Shown one piece after another: positions 27,038 through 35,539 of a DNA stretch of 64,000 nt (the first letter of the stretch is position 1; the number at the start of each line of letters is the position of its first letter). The notes beneath the pieces are model-generated. The model was not told the origin of the DNA. It did not search any database and saw only the letters and a program-made list of their open reading frames with translations. Origin of the DNA: Thermoplasmata archaeon (lineage in GTDB: Archaea > Thermoplasmatota > E2 > JACPAO01 > JAHFTW01); contig JAXDQS010000001.1 of assembly GCA_034667725.1 (NCBI GenBank), positions 256,001-320,000 of the forward strand. The letters run 5' to 3'. Made by a program: the position numbers and the translations under genes.

Positions 27038-27786
27038 TGGCCCTCGAAGGCGTGGACTGGCAGCTGCTGCGCAACCTGCTGGCCATTCCCACGGCCGCCG
27101 TCTACATGACGGTCGGCTTCGTCGTGGGCCGCCGCGAGGTCTCGCGCGAGGCACGGCCGGCGAACCTGGCGTTCCAGGCGTGGTGGCACGGGCTGGCCGC
27201 CCTGACCCTGTTCACGCCGCTCATCTGGCTGCTGGACGTGCTCGGCGTCGGCGGCTTCGAGCTGCGGCTGTACCTCGTCGAGGTGCTGCTCTTGGCCCTC
27301 GTGGTCGCCATCGCCTGCCTGGTCTACTACCTGCTCTACGTCTACACCGGAAAGGCCTGGGTGATGTGGCCCGTCGCAGGCTACCACCTGCTGGCCATGG
27401 CCTGGCTGAGCCAGCTCATCACCATCGGCCAGCCCGTCGCGTACGGCAGCGCCTGCCCCGACGCCGGGTTCTGCTACCAGAACGACATCATGGACTCCTC
27501 GGCCGCGCAGTGGATCGGCGTCATCCTGGTGCTGCCCATCGTGCTGAGCGCCCTGGCGTACTTCGCGCTGTTCTTCCGCATGGAGTCGCGGGCCCAGAAG
27601 TACCGCATCGCCATGGTCGCGGGCGCGCTTTTTGTGTGGTTCGGCAGCAGCCTGGTCGCGAGCGTCCTGGACGCGGCCGCCAACGACGCATGGACCCTTG
27701 CGAGCAACCTGATCGGCCTGGGGGCGGCGCTGTTGATCCTGGCCGCGTACCGGCCGCCGGCGATGATCCGCGCCAAGCTGGCCTGA
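27037..27786 (+). CDS. Stand-alone ~7-TM membrane protein (receptor-like)
   Basis: Seven hydrophobic segments; C-x5-C pair in a loop; TGATG coupling to the ATPase gene. Confidence 0.7.
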   Translation: MALEGVDWQLLRNLLAIPTAAVYMTVGFVVGRREVSREARPANLAFQAWWHGLAALTLFTPLIWLLDVLGVGGFELRLYLVEVLLLALVVAIACLVYYLLYVYTGKAWVMWPVAGYHLLAMAWLSQLITIGQPVAYGSACPDAGFCYQNDIMDSSAAQWIGVILVLPIVLSALAYFALFFRMESRAQKYRIAMVAGALFVWFGSSLVASVLDAAANDAWTLASNLIGLGAALLILAAYRPPAMIRAKLA

Positions 27787-27898
27787 CGGCCGGCCCATTG
27801 CGGCGCGTCCTTCAGGAGGATCCTGCGGGAAGGGCGGTGCGCAACGACGCCAACGTCCACCGGCAGGCTCAAATCAACACTCAACCTAACGGTATAGC

Positions 27899-28210
27899 AT
27901 GGACCTGGACCGGACCTTCGCCGCCCTGTCCGACCCGACCCGCCGCGCGCTCCTGTCGAGCCTCGAAGTGGGCGAGCGGACCCTGAGCGACCTGGCGAAG
28001 CCGCTGCCCATGACCTTGATGGCCGTGCAGAAGCATGTCCGGGTCCTGGAGGAGGCAGGCCTTGTGGAGACCCGCAAGCACGGCCGCAGCCGGCACGTGC
28101 GGCTGCGCGTCCACGGGCTGGAGCCCGCCGCCGCGTGGATCCGGCACTCGGAAGCCCGCTGGAACGCCGCCTTCGACCGCCTCGAGAAGGCCTTGCAAGA
28201 GGAGGATTGA
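27899..28210 (+). CDS. ArsR/SmtB-family regulator
   Basis: FAALSDPTRR...AVQKHVRVLEEAGLV...GR. Confidence 0.9.
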   Translation: MDLDRTFAALSDPTRRALLSSLEVGERTLSDLAKPLPMTLMAVQKHVRVLEEAGLVETRKHGRSRHVRLRVHGLEPAAAWIRHSEARWNAAFDRLEKALQEED

Positions 28211-28212
28211 CC

Positions 28213-28641
28213 ATGCCCAAGACGACGCAGACGCCCACCTTGAAGATCGAACGCGTGTTCGAAGCCAGCCCCGAACGGCTCTGGTCGTTCTGGACCGACC
28301 CGAAGAAGTACGCCAAGTGGCTCAACCCCCACAGCGCGGACCTGAAGATCCAGGAGTTCGACGTCCGCGTCGGCGGCCGCGTCAAGTTCCTCATGCCGCT
28401 CGACAACGGCACCGAGATGCCCAACGAGGGCGTGTTCCATGTGCTGGAGCCGCACCGCCGCATCGTGACCGGCGACCCCGACAAGGCGTTCCTGATCACC
28501 GTCACCTTCGAGCCCCTCGTGCCCGGCCGCACCCGCATGAGCCTGGAGATCGCCGGCGTGCCCCCCGAGCACCACGCCGGCGCCACCCAGGGCTGGGGCG
28601 TCGGCCTCGGCAAGCTGGAGCGCCTGCTCGCGGAGGCCTAG
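28213..28641 (+). CDS. SRPBCC/AHA1 domain protein
   Basis: IERVFEASPERLWSFWTDP...DVRVGG...GW...LGKL. Confidence 0.85.
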   Translation: MPKTTQTPTLKIERVFEASPERLWSFWTDPKKYAKWLNPHSADLKIQEFDVRVGGRVKFLMPLDNGTEMPNEGVFHVLEPHRRIVTGDPDKAFLITVTFEPLVPGRTRMSLEIAGVPPEHHAGATQGWGVGLGKLERLLAEA

Positions 28642-28643
28642 GC

Positions 28644-29609
28644 ATGCCGGCCGCCACCCGCGCGCACGGCGCCCTCCCGCCCCCCAAGGGCATCTCGCCG
28701 CCCGCCACCTTCCGCGTCTTGCCGGACCGCCACCTGACCCTGGAGCGCTGGTTCAAGGCGACGCCGGAGAAGCTGTACGAGGCCTGGACGACCAAGGCGA
28801 CGTTGGAGAAGTTCTTCTGGCCGGTCGGGGCGGGCGTCGTCAAGGAGCTGTCGGCCAAGCCGGGCGGGCGCCTGGTGATGGGCCACGCCACGCAGCCGTG
28901 GACCGCGACCTGGACGTACCAGGAGATGGTGCCCGGCAAGCGCATCGTCTTCGAGGACCACTGGGACGACGGCTCCGGCCACAAGGCCACCGGCATCATG
29001 GAGTTCATCCCGGAGAACGGCGGCACCCGCATGAAGGTCCGCCACGGGCCGTTCCCCGCCACGGGCCCCTACCAGCCCGACGCCGCCGGCGCCGGCTTCG
29101 CCATGGCGTCCGACCGGCTCGCCGAGGAGCTGGAGGTCCCCGGCCAGGACGAGGGCTTCCGCCTCGTGCGCGTGTTCCGCGCCACGCCCGAGAAGCTGTG
29201 GTCGATGTGGACCACCAAGGCCGGCCTCGACCAGTGGTGGAAGCCGTCGGCCAAGGACATGGGCTTCGACTTCCGCGTCGACGCGCTGGACGTCCGCGTC
29301 GGCGGCGCCTACGACATCGTCATGTCGAACGCGCAGCACGGCGAGCTGCACAACCACGGCGAATACCTGGAGGTCGTGCCCGGCAAGCGCCTTGCCTACC
29401 GCTGGGACTTCGACATCTTCCTCGGCCCCGGCGAGTCCCCCTACCCCATCCTGGTCACCCTCGACTTCGAGGCGCTGCCCCCGCAGGCCGGCGGCGGCAC
29501 CCGGATGACCTTCGTCCAGGGCCCCATGAAGAAGCCGGAGCACACGGAGGGCAGCCGGCAGGGCGTGCGCTCGAACTTCGCCAAGCTGGCCAAGGCGCTC
29601 GGCGAATAG
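28644..29609 (+). CDS. Tandem SRPBCC/AHA1 domain protein
   Basis: Two copies of R.F.ATPEKL...WT. Confidence 0.85.
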   Translation: MPAATRAHGALPPPKGISPPATFRVLPDRHLTLERWFKATPEKLYEAWTTKATLEKFFWPVGAGVVKELSAKPGGRLVMGHATQPWTATWTYQEMVPGKRIVFEDHWDDGSGHKATGIMEFIPENGGTRMKVRHGPFPATGPYQPDAAGAGFAMASDRLAEELEVPGQDEGFRLVRVFRATPEKLWSMWTTKAGLDQWWKPSAKDMGFDFRVDALDVRVGGAYDIVMSNAQHGELHNHGEYLEVVPGKRLAYRWDFDIFLGPGESPYPILVTLDFEALPPQAGGGTRMTFVQGPMKKPEHTEGSRQGVRSNFAKLAKALGE

Positions 29610-29661
29610 CCGCGTCGTCCCCTCCTCCTTTTTCTCCTCGCCCCGGAACCGGAGCCCCACC

Positions 29662-31101
29662 GTGCCCATCCCCGACCGCCAACGCTGGCTCGCCCTCGTC
29701 GTCCTGTGCCTCGGCACCCTCATGATCGTGCTCGACACCACCATCGTGAACGTCGCCCTGCCCTCCATCCAGGCCGACCTCGGCTTCAGCGAGGCCTCGC
29801 TGGCTTGGGTCGTCAACGCCTACATGCTGGCCTTCGGCGGCTTCCTCCTCCTGGGCGGCCGCCTCGGCGACTTCTGGGGCCACCGCCGCCTGTTCCTGGC
29901 CGGCCTCACGCTGTTCACGCTCGCCTCGCTGGCCTGCGGCCTGGCCGGGTCCCAGACGGTCCTGGTGGCGGCGCGAGGGGTGCAAGGCCTGGGCGGCGCC
30001 GTCGTGTCCGCCGTCTCGCTGTCCCTGATCATGGACCTGTTCCAAGCACCCCGCGACCGCGCCAAGGCCATGGGCGTCTACGGCTTCGTGGCGGCCGGCG
30101 GCGGCAGCCTCGGCGTCCTCTTGGGCGGCATCCTCACCGACGCCGTCGACTGGCATTGGGTGTTCCTCGTCAACATCCCCATCGGCGTCGGCGTGTTCGC
30201 CCTCTGCCTCCCGCTGCTGCCGGCCGACAAGCCCGCCGCCGACCGCGGCCGCCTCGACGTCGCGGGCGCCGTCACCATCACCGGCGCCGTCATTCTCGCG
30301 GTGTACGCCGTCGTCAACGGCAACCAGGCCGGCTGGCGGTCGCTGCAGACGCTCGGCCTGCTCGGCGCCGCCGCGGTCCTGTTCGCGGCGTTCCTGGCCA
30401 CCGAAATGCGGGTGGCCCGCCCCCTCGTCCCGCTTGGCCTGTTCCGCCGCCGCAACCTGGCCGCCGCCAACCTCGTCGCCCTGCTGTGGGCGGCCTCGAT
30501 GTTCGCGTGGTTCTTCCTGTCGGCGCTCTACCTTCAGTTCGTCCTCGGCTACACGCCGCTGCAGGTCGGCCTCGCCTTCCTGCCCGCCAACCTGCTGATG
30601 GCCGCGTTCTCGCTCGGCCTGTCCGCCCGCATCGTGGGCCGCTTCGGCGTGCGCCTGCCGCTTGCCGTCGGCCTGCTGGTGGCCGCCGCCGGGCTCGCCT
30701 GGTTCGCCCGCGCGCCGGTCGCCGGCGACTTCCTGCGCGACGTCCTGCCCGCCATGCTGCTGCTCGGCATCGGCGGCGGCCTGGTGTTCAACCCGCTGCT
30801 GCTTGCCGCCATGCACGACGTCAAGGCGTCCGAGTCCGGCCTCGCCTCCGGCATCGTCAACACCTCGTTCATGATGGGCGGGGCGCTGGGCCTTGCCATC
30901 CTCGCGAGCCTCGCGGCCGCCCGCACCGCGAGCCTGGCCGCCGGCGGCCTCGGCCCGGCCGCGGCCCTGAGCGGCGGCTACCAGGCCGCGTTCCTGGTCG
31001 GCGCGCTGTGCGCCGTGCTGGGGGCGGTGCTGGGCGCGGCCCTGCTGCGCGTCCGCCACGACACGGCGGCCGGCGAGCCGGCGCCCGTCGCGATGCACTA
31101 A
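29662..31101 (+). CDS. DHA2-family (EmrB/QacA) MFS efflux permease
   Basis: LDTTIVNVALPSI, GGRLGDFWGHRR, WHWVFLVNIPIG; about 14 TM helices. Confidence 0.92.
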   Translation: MPIPDRQRWLALVVLCLGTLMIVLDTTIVNVALPSIQADLGFSEASLAWVVNAYMLAFGGFLLLGGRLGDFWGHRRLFLAGLTLFTLASLACGLAGSQTVLVAARGVQGLGGAVVSAVSLSLIMDLFQAPRDRAKAMGVYGFVAAGGGSLGVLLGGILTDAVDWHWVFLVNIPIGVGVFALCLPLLPADKPAADRGRLDVAGAVTITGAVILAVYAVVNGNQAGWRSLQTLGLLGAAAVLFAAFLATEMRVARPLVPLGLFRRRNLAAANLVALLWAASMFAWFFLSALYLQFVLGYTPLQVGLAFLPANLLMAAFSLGLSARIVGRFGVRLPLAVGLLVAAAGLAWFARAPVAGDFLRDVLPAMLLLGIGGGLVFNPLLLAAMHDVKASESGLASGIVNTSFMMGGALGLAILASLAAARTASLAAGGLGPAAALSGGYQAAFLVGALCAVLGAVLGAALLRVRHDTAAGEPAPVAMH

Positions 31102-32699
31102 GTCGCGAGCAGCCCCGCCATCGCGGACTCGTAGACCGCCAGCTCGACGCCCTGCGCGCCATGCAGGTCGTCGAGCGCCGCGCGCCGGTCGCGCATCCGC
31201 TCCCACCGGCTCTCGTCAAGGGTCTTGGGCACGACGAAGTGGATCACGTGCACCGGATGCCGGGTCGTGACGCGCCGCGCGCGCCGCACCGCCTGGTCCA
31301 CCAAGGCGGGCGTCCAGCCCGGGTCCACCATCAGCACGGTGTCGGCGGCGTCCAGCGTGATGCCGACGCCCGCCGCCTCCAGCTGGCACAAGGCGAGGCG
31401 GACGCGCGGGTCCGACTGGAAGCGCGCCACGCGGCGGGTGCGCTCCTCCGGCGACACCGCGCCGGTGAGGCGGACCGCCATCTCCTGCCACGGCTTGGTC
31501 TCCAGCGCCTCCAAGGGCTCCAGGTGGTGCGAGAACGCCAGCGCCTTGCGCTCCGAGAACCACAGGTCCTCCAGGATGGCCGACGCCGCCGCGGTCTTGG
31601 CCTCCTGCAAGACCCGCATCGCCTCCTGGAACGCGGACAGCCCGTCGCGGCTGCGGGGCGCCTGGCTGCGCATCCGCTGGAGCCACGCCCGGTAGCGCTG
31701 CAGCTGGTCCGGCAGCAACTCGACGTGGAGGGTCTGCTCCGTCAGCGGCGGCAGGTCGTCCACCACCTCGGCGAGGCGGCGCGCGGCCATCCACGGCTCC
31801 AGGCGGGTCCGGAGCTCGGCGGTGCGCTGCGAGCCCACCACGCGCTTGACCTTGCGGCCGCCGGCCCGGATCTCCGACAGCCGGCAGTACCGCGCCCGGA
31901 ACGCCGCCAAGGTCGGGAAGTCGTCCGGCCGCACCAGCCGCAGCACCGCGAACAAATCCTCGGCGTTGCGCAACAGCAGGCTGCCGCTCAGGAACAGCCG
32001 GCGCCCGATACCCTGGGCGGCGGCCGCGACCGCCTTGCTGCGCTGCGACCTCGGGTCCTTGATGAAGTGCGCCTCGTCCACGACGATCGAGCGGAAGCCG
32101 CGCGCCCGCACCGCGTCGAGGTGGGCGTGCAGCACCGCGAAGCTCACCACCACGAAGTCGGTGCCCGGCATCGGCGCCGGCCGGACGCCGCGCACCGCCG
32201 CGATGGTGGCGGTGCTCTTGCCGGCGACCTCGGCCTCCCACACGCCGACGACGCCGGCCGGGCAGACCACCAAGGTCGGGCCTTCGCCGACGGCCCACGC
32301 GATGGCCTGAAGGGTCTTGCCGAGGCCCGGCTCGTCCCCGAGGATGCCGCGCCGGGCACGCTGGAGGAACCGCACCGCCCGCGCCTGGTAAGGATAGAGC
32401 GGCACCTTCAGGCCGGGAAACCCGAGCGTGCCGGGGTCTTGGTGCAGGAGGGTGGCGCGCTGCTCCTGCTCCGCCCGGTCGGCGCCGAAGAACACCCGGA
32501 AACGCGCGTCCAGATAGGCGTCGTCCTTCTCGATGCCGCCGTAGCCCAAGAGGTCCTCGAAGTCCAGGACCCGGTGCAGCGGCACCTTGCACAAACGCCC
32601 CTCGCGGTGGCCGCCCAGCGCGTGCAGCCGGCTGCCCAAGGTCGGCGACGCCGTCGCGTCGAACACCAAGGCGCTGCCGTCGATCCTGGGGCGCAGCAA
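31098..32699 (-). CDS. SNF2-family helicase/translocase
   Basis: LYPYQ, GDEPGLGKT, VVDEAH, AAGVGITL, WTP..VDQA..R. Confidence 0.85.
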   Translation of the reverse strand: MLRPRIDGSALVFDATASPTLGSRLHALGGHREGRLCKVPLHRVLDFEDLLGYGGIEKDDAYLDARFRVFFGADRAEQEQRATLLHQDPGTLGFPGLKVPLYPYQARAVRFLQRARRGILGDEPGLGKTLQAIAWAVGEGPTLVVCPAGVVGVWEAEVAGKSTATIAAVRGVRPAPMPGTDFVVVSFAVLHAHLDAVRARGFRSIVVDEAHFIKDPRSQRSKAVAAAAQGIGRRLFLSGSLLLRNAEDLFAVLRLVRPDDFPTLAAFRARYCRLSEIRAGGRKVKRVVGSQRTAELRTRLEPWMAARRLAEVVDDLPPLTEQTLHVELLPDQLQRYRAWLQRMRSQAPRSRDGLSAFQEAMRVLQEAKTAAASAILEDLWFSERKALAFSHHLEPLEALETKPWQEMAVRLTGAVSPEERTRRVARFQSDPRVRLALCQLEAAGVGITLDAADTVLMVDPGWTPALVDQAVRRARRVTTRHPVHVIHFVVPKTLDESRWERMRDRRAALDDLHGAQGVELAVYESAMAGLLAT

Positions 32700-32701
32700 G
32701 C

Positions 32702-32750
32702 GAGGGGGACTCTGGAGGAGGGATGAAAAAGGTGGGGGAGGGAAGCGAAA
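32702..32750 (-). terminator. Pyrimidine-rich terminator tract
   Basis: Minus strand TTTCGCTTCCCTCCCCCACCTTTTTCATCCCTCCTCC after the stop at 32763. Confidence 0.45.
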
Positions 32751-32762
32751 GCGGGCCGGGGC

Positions 32763-33932
32763 TTAGGCCGGGCAGGAGCCGCCGAGCAGGAACGCCGCCG
32801 TGACGCCGCACGCCGCCGCCACCGCCGTGGCCCCCGTGGCCACCGCCGCGCCGGCGATGCCCGCCACCTGGCCGCCGTAGGCCGAGGCGTCCGCCACGCG
32901 CGCGGCCGCGAACGCCGTCGCGTACGCCGCCTCCGCCTCGACGAGCCCGACGACGGCCGCCGTCGCAGCACCGGCGAACGTCCCCGTCGCCGCCACGGCC
33001 GCGGCCGCGCCCGCCGCCGCGGCGTCGCAGGCGGCACCCGTGTAGTCGAGCGCCGCGCCGACGACGCCGCCAAGGCCGCGCGGGATGGGCGCCGGGCACA
33101 CGCCGGCCGGCGCGCCCTCCGCCACGCTGCCGTTGCAGGTCGGGTCGCCCGTGAGGAAGCTGCACGCCAACGAGGCCTGGCCGCCCGCCTGGGCGACCGC
33201 CGTGGCCTCCACCGCGCTGACGTAGGCGTTGAGCCACGGCACCGTGAAGTGGCAGCCGCGGGTGCAGGGCACCGCGTCCAGGACCGCCTGGGCCTGCGAG
33301 CCGGCGTAGGCTTCGGTCGCCGTCGCCGCGGCGCCCGCGAGGCCGGCCTCCGCGAAGGCGGCCTCGCAGCCAATGGCGGCCACCGACTCGACGAAGCGGA
33401 CCACGTCGCCGATGACGCCGTCCAGGCCGAGGTCGCTGTACTGGCACTCGGAGGGGCAGACCGGCGTTAGGACCGCCTGCTCCGTCCAGAGGTTGATGCA
33501 GGAGGTCTCCGGGTCCACCGACGAGCACAGGCTCCCCGGCGCCAGCACCAACGGATACACGATGGGCGTCACGCAGGCCAAGACGGGCGCCGAGGCGTCC
33601 GCGGGGCCCGGGGTCAGCGTGGCCCGGAAGCCGCCGCCGCAGGTCGCGGCGACCAGCCCCTCGGCGCGCTGGCCGTCGGCCTCGAGCACGAAGGCCGCGC
33701 CCACGACGGGGCAGTTGCAGCCGCACGGGCTCCCGAAGCAGGAGACCGAGGTCGGCTCCGACGTCGGATCAGCCGGGATGTCGAGGTCTTGGCAGACCTG
33801 GATGGGGTCGGGGTCCACGCAGTCCAGGTGGGGACAAGGGGGCTGGATGGCCGCCGCGGCCGGATGGGGCACGATGGCCAGCACGGAGGTCATGGCCAAG
33901 AGGCCGGTCAGAATCAGGGTCTGGGTTCGCAT
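32763..33932 (-). CDS. Secreted Cys-rich / Ala-rich protein
   Basis: Signal peptide, Cys/Pro-rich N-half, Ala-rich helical C-half. Confidence 0.65.
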   Translation of the reverse strand: MRTQTLILTGLLAMTSVLAIVPHPAAAAIQPPCPHLDCVDPDPIQVCQDLDIPADPTSEPTSVSCFGSPCGCNCPVVGAAFVLEADGQRAEGLVAATCGGGFRATLTPGPADASAPVLACVTPIVYPLVLAPGSLCSSVDPETSCINLWTEQAVLTPVCPSECQYSDLGLDGVIGDVVRFVESVAAIGCEAAFAEAGLAGAAATATEAYAGSQAQAVLDAVPCTRGCHFTVPWLNAYVSAVEATAVAQAGGQASLACSFLTGDPTCNGSVAEGAPAGVCPAPIPRGLGGVVGAALDYTGAACDAAAAGAAAAVAATGTFAGAATAAVVGLVEAEAAYATAFAAARVADASAYGGQVAGIAGAAVATGATAVAAACGVTAAFLLGGSCPA

Positions 33933-34154
33933 GGAAGCACGCACCGTCCACGAAGGACGGCGGCCGATGCAAGGGGGGTGTTATGACCGTTGCCGCGAAC
34001 CACGCCGGAAAAGCCCGCCATTGCCCCACGGTTCGCAAGGGGAAGCCGCCACTTGGGCCACAACGGTTCAGAAGGGGCCGCCATCCGTCGCGGTCATCCC
34101 GTGGACGCCATGGACGGGCTTATGCCAGGCAAGAGATTGACCGCCGAGGACACC

Positions 34155-35081
34155 ATGGCCGCGACGATCGTCCCCCACCTCTGGTTCGACAAGGAAGCCC
34201 GCGAAGCCGCCGCCTTCTACGCCTCCGTGTTCCCCGACTCCGCCGTTGACCACGTCACCACGCTGCGCAACACTCCCTCCGGCGACTGCGACGTCGTGAG
34301 CTTCCACCTCGCCGGCCAGCCCTTCATGGCCATCAGCGCCGGGCCGCTGTTCAAGTTCAACCCCTCCATCAGCTTCATCCTCAACTTCGACCCGTCCCGC
34401 GACCCCGACGCCCGCAAGCACCTCGACGCCACCTGGAAGAAGCTCGCCGCCGGCGGCACCCCGCTCATGCCGCTCCAAGAATACCCCTTCAGCAAACGGT
34501 ACGGCTGGATCCAGGACCGCTACGGCCTCACCTGGCAGCTCACCCTCACCAACCCCAACGGCGACCCGCGCCCCTTCCTCATGCCCTCCCTCATGTTCAC
34601 CGGCAACAACGCCGGCCGCGCCGACGAGGCCATCGAACACTACCTCCGCGCCTTCCCCGGATCCAAGCGCGGCAACACCACCCGCTACCCCAAAGGCATG
34701 GCGCCCGACAAGGAAGGGACCCTCATGTTCGCCGACTTCACGCTGCAAGGCCAATGGCTCGCCGTCATGGACAGCGCCCACCCGCACGGCTTCACGTTCA
34801 ACGAAGCCGTCTCGCTCCTGGTCAAATGCAAGGACCAGAAAGAGATCGACGCCTTTTGGTCGAAGCTGTCCGCCGTGCCCGAAGCCGAACAATGCGGCTG
34901 GCTCAAGGACAAGTTCGGCGTCGTCTGGCAGATCGCCCCCCAGGAGATGGACGCCATGCTGCAAAACGGCACGCCGGAGCAGGTCGACCGCGTGACCCAG
35001 GCGTTCCTGCCCATGAAGAAATTCGACGTGGAAGCCCTGCGCCGCGCCTACGAAGGCGGGGTTGCGAAGACGGTTCGATGA
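34155..35081 (+). CDS. Two-domain VOC/PhnB-like (3-dmu-9_3-mt family) protein
   Basis: IVPHLWFD.EA.EAA.FY; YGWIQDRYGLTWQL; CGWLKDKFGVVWQI; MKKFD. Confidence 0.9.
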   Translation: MAATIVPHLWFDKEAREAAAFYASVFPDSAVDHVTTLRNTPSGDCDVVSFHLAGQPFMAISAGPLFKFNPSISFILNFDPSRDPDARKHLDATWKKLAAGGTPLMPLQEYPFSKRYGWIQDRYGLTWQLTLTNPNGDPRPFLMPSLMFTGNNAGRADEAIEHYLRAFPGSKRGNTTRYPKGMAPDKEGTLMFADFTLQGQWLAVMDSAHPHGFTFNEAVSLLVKCKDQKEIDAFWSKLSAVPEAEQCGWLKDKFGVVWQIAPQEMDAMLQNGTPEQVDRVTQAFLPMKKFDVEALRRAYEGGVAKTVR

Positions 35082-35242
35082 GGGCGGCCGCACGTACGCG
35101 CGGCCGGTGGGGGGTGGGCCAGGCCCGAGGCGGTTCCGGCCTCGCGCAGCCAGGCGCGCGCGTTGCGACCGAATTCGAATCGGGCGGGCCGTGCTCGGCG
35201 GCCGCCGCGGCGGCCTCGCCGACGCCCGGCGGACTGCTCAAA

Positions 35243-35262
35243 AAGTGGGCCTGACTGGATTC
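35243..35262 (-). repeat. att site (copy of the tRNA-Val 3' end)
   Basis: Matches 41547-41566 with 2 mismatches. Confidence 0.85.
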
Positions 35263-35539
35263 TATCACGTAGCACCTGAACACTGCGGTTCCCAGGCCAT
35301 GGGTTCTTGTCCCGCCAGGGCTACTTGACCTTGAAGCGGCGGGCACTGTCGAGAGAGCAGGTAGAGAACCGTTCTGATGCCTGACGGAACTGCGTTCGAG
35401 AGCAGCTTATTCGGGAATAGCCACTGGTTTACGACCAACACGATTACAAATCGGCTTCCATTTGGCTGGAGCAAGGCCCCGCTCTGTTTTTCTCCATCGA
35501 TATCTGTGCTATTGGATTGACGTGTCGTCGGACGAGGAT

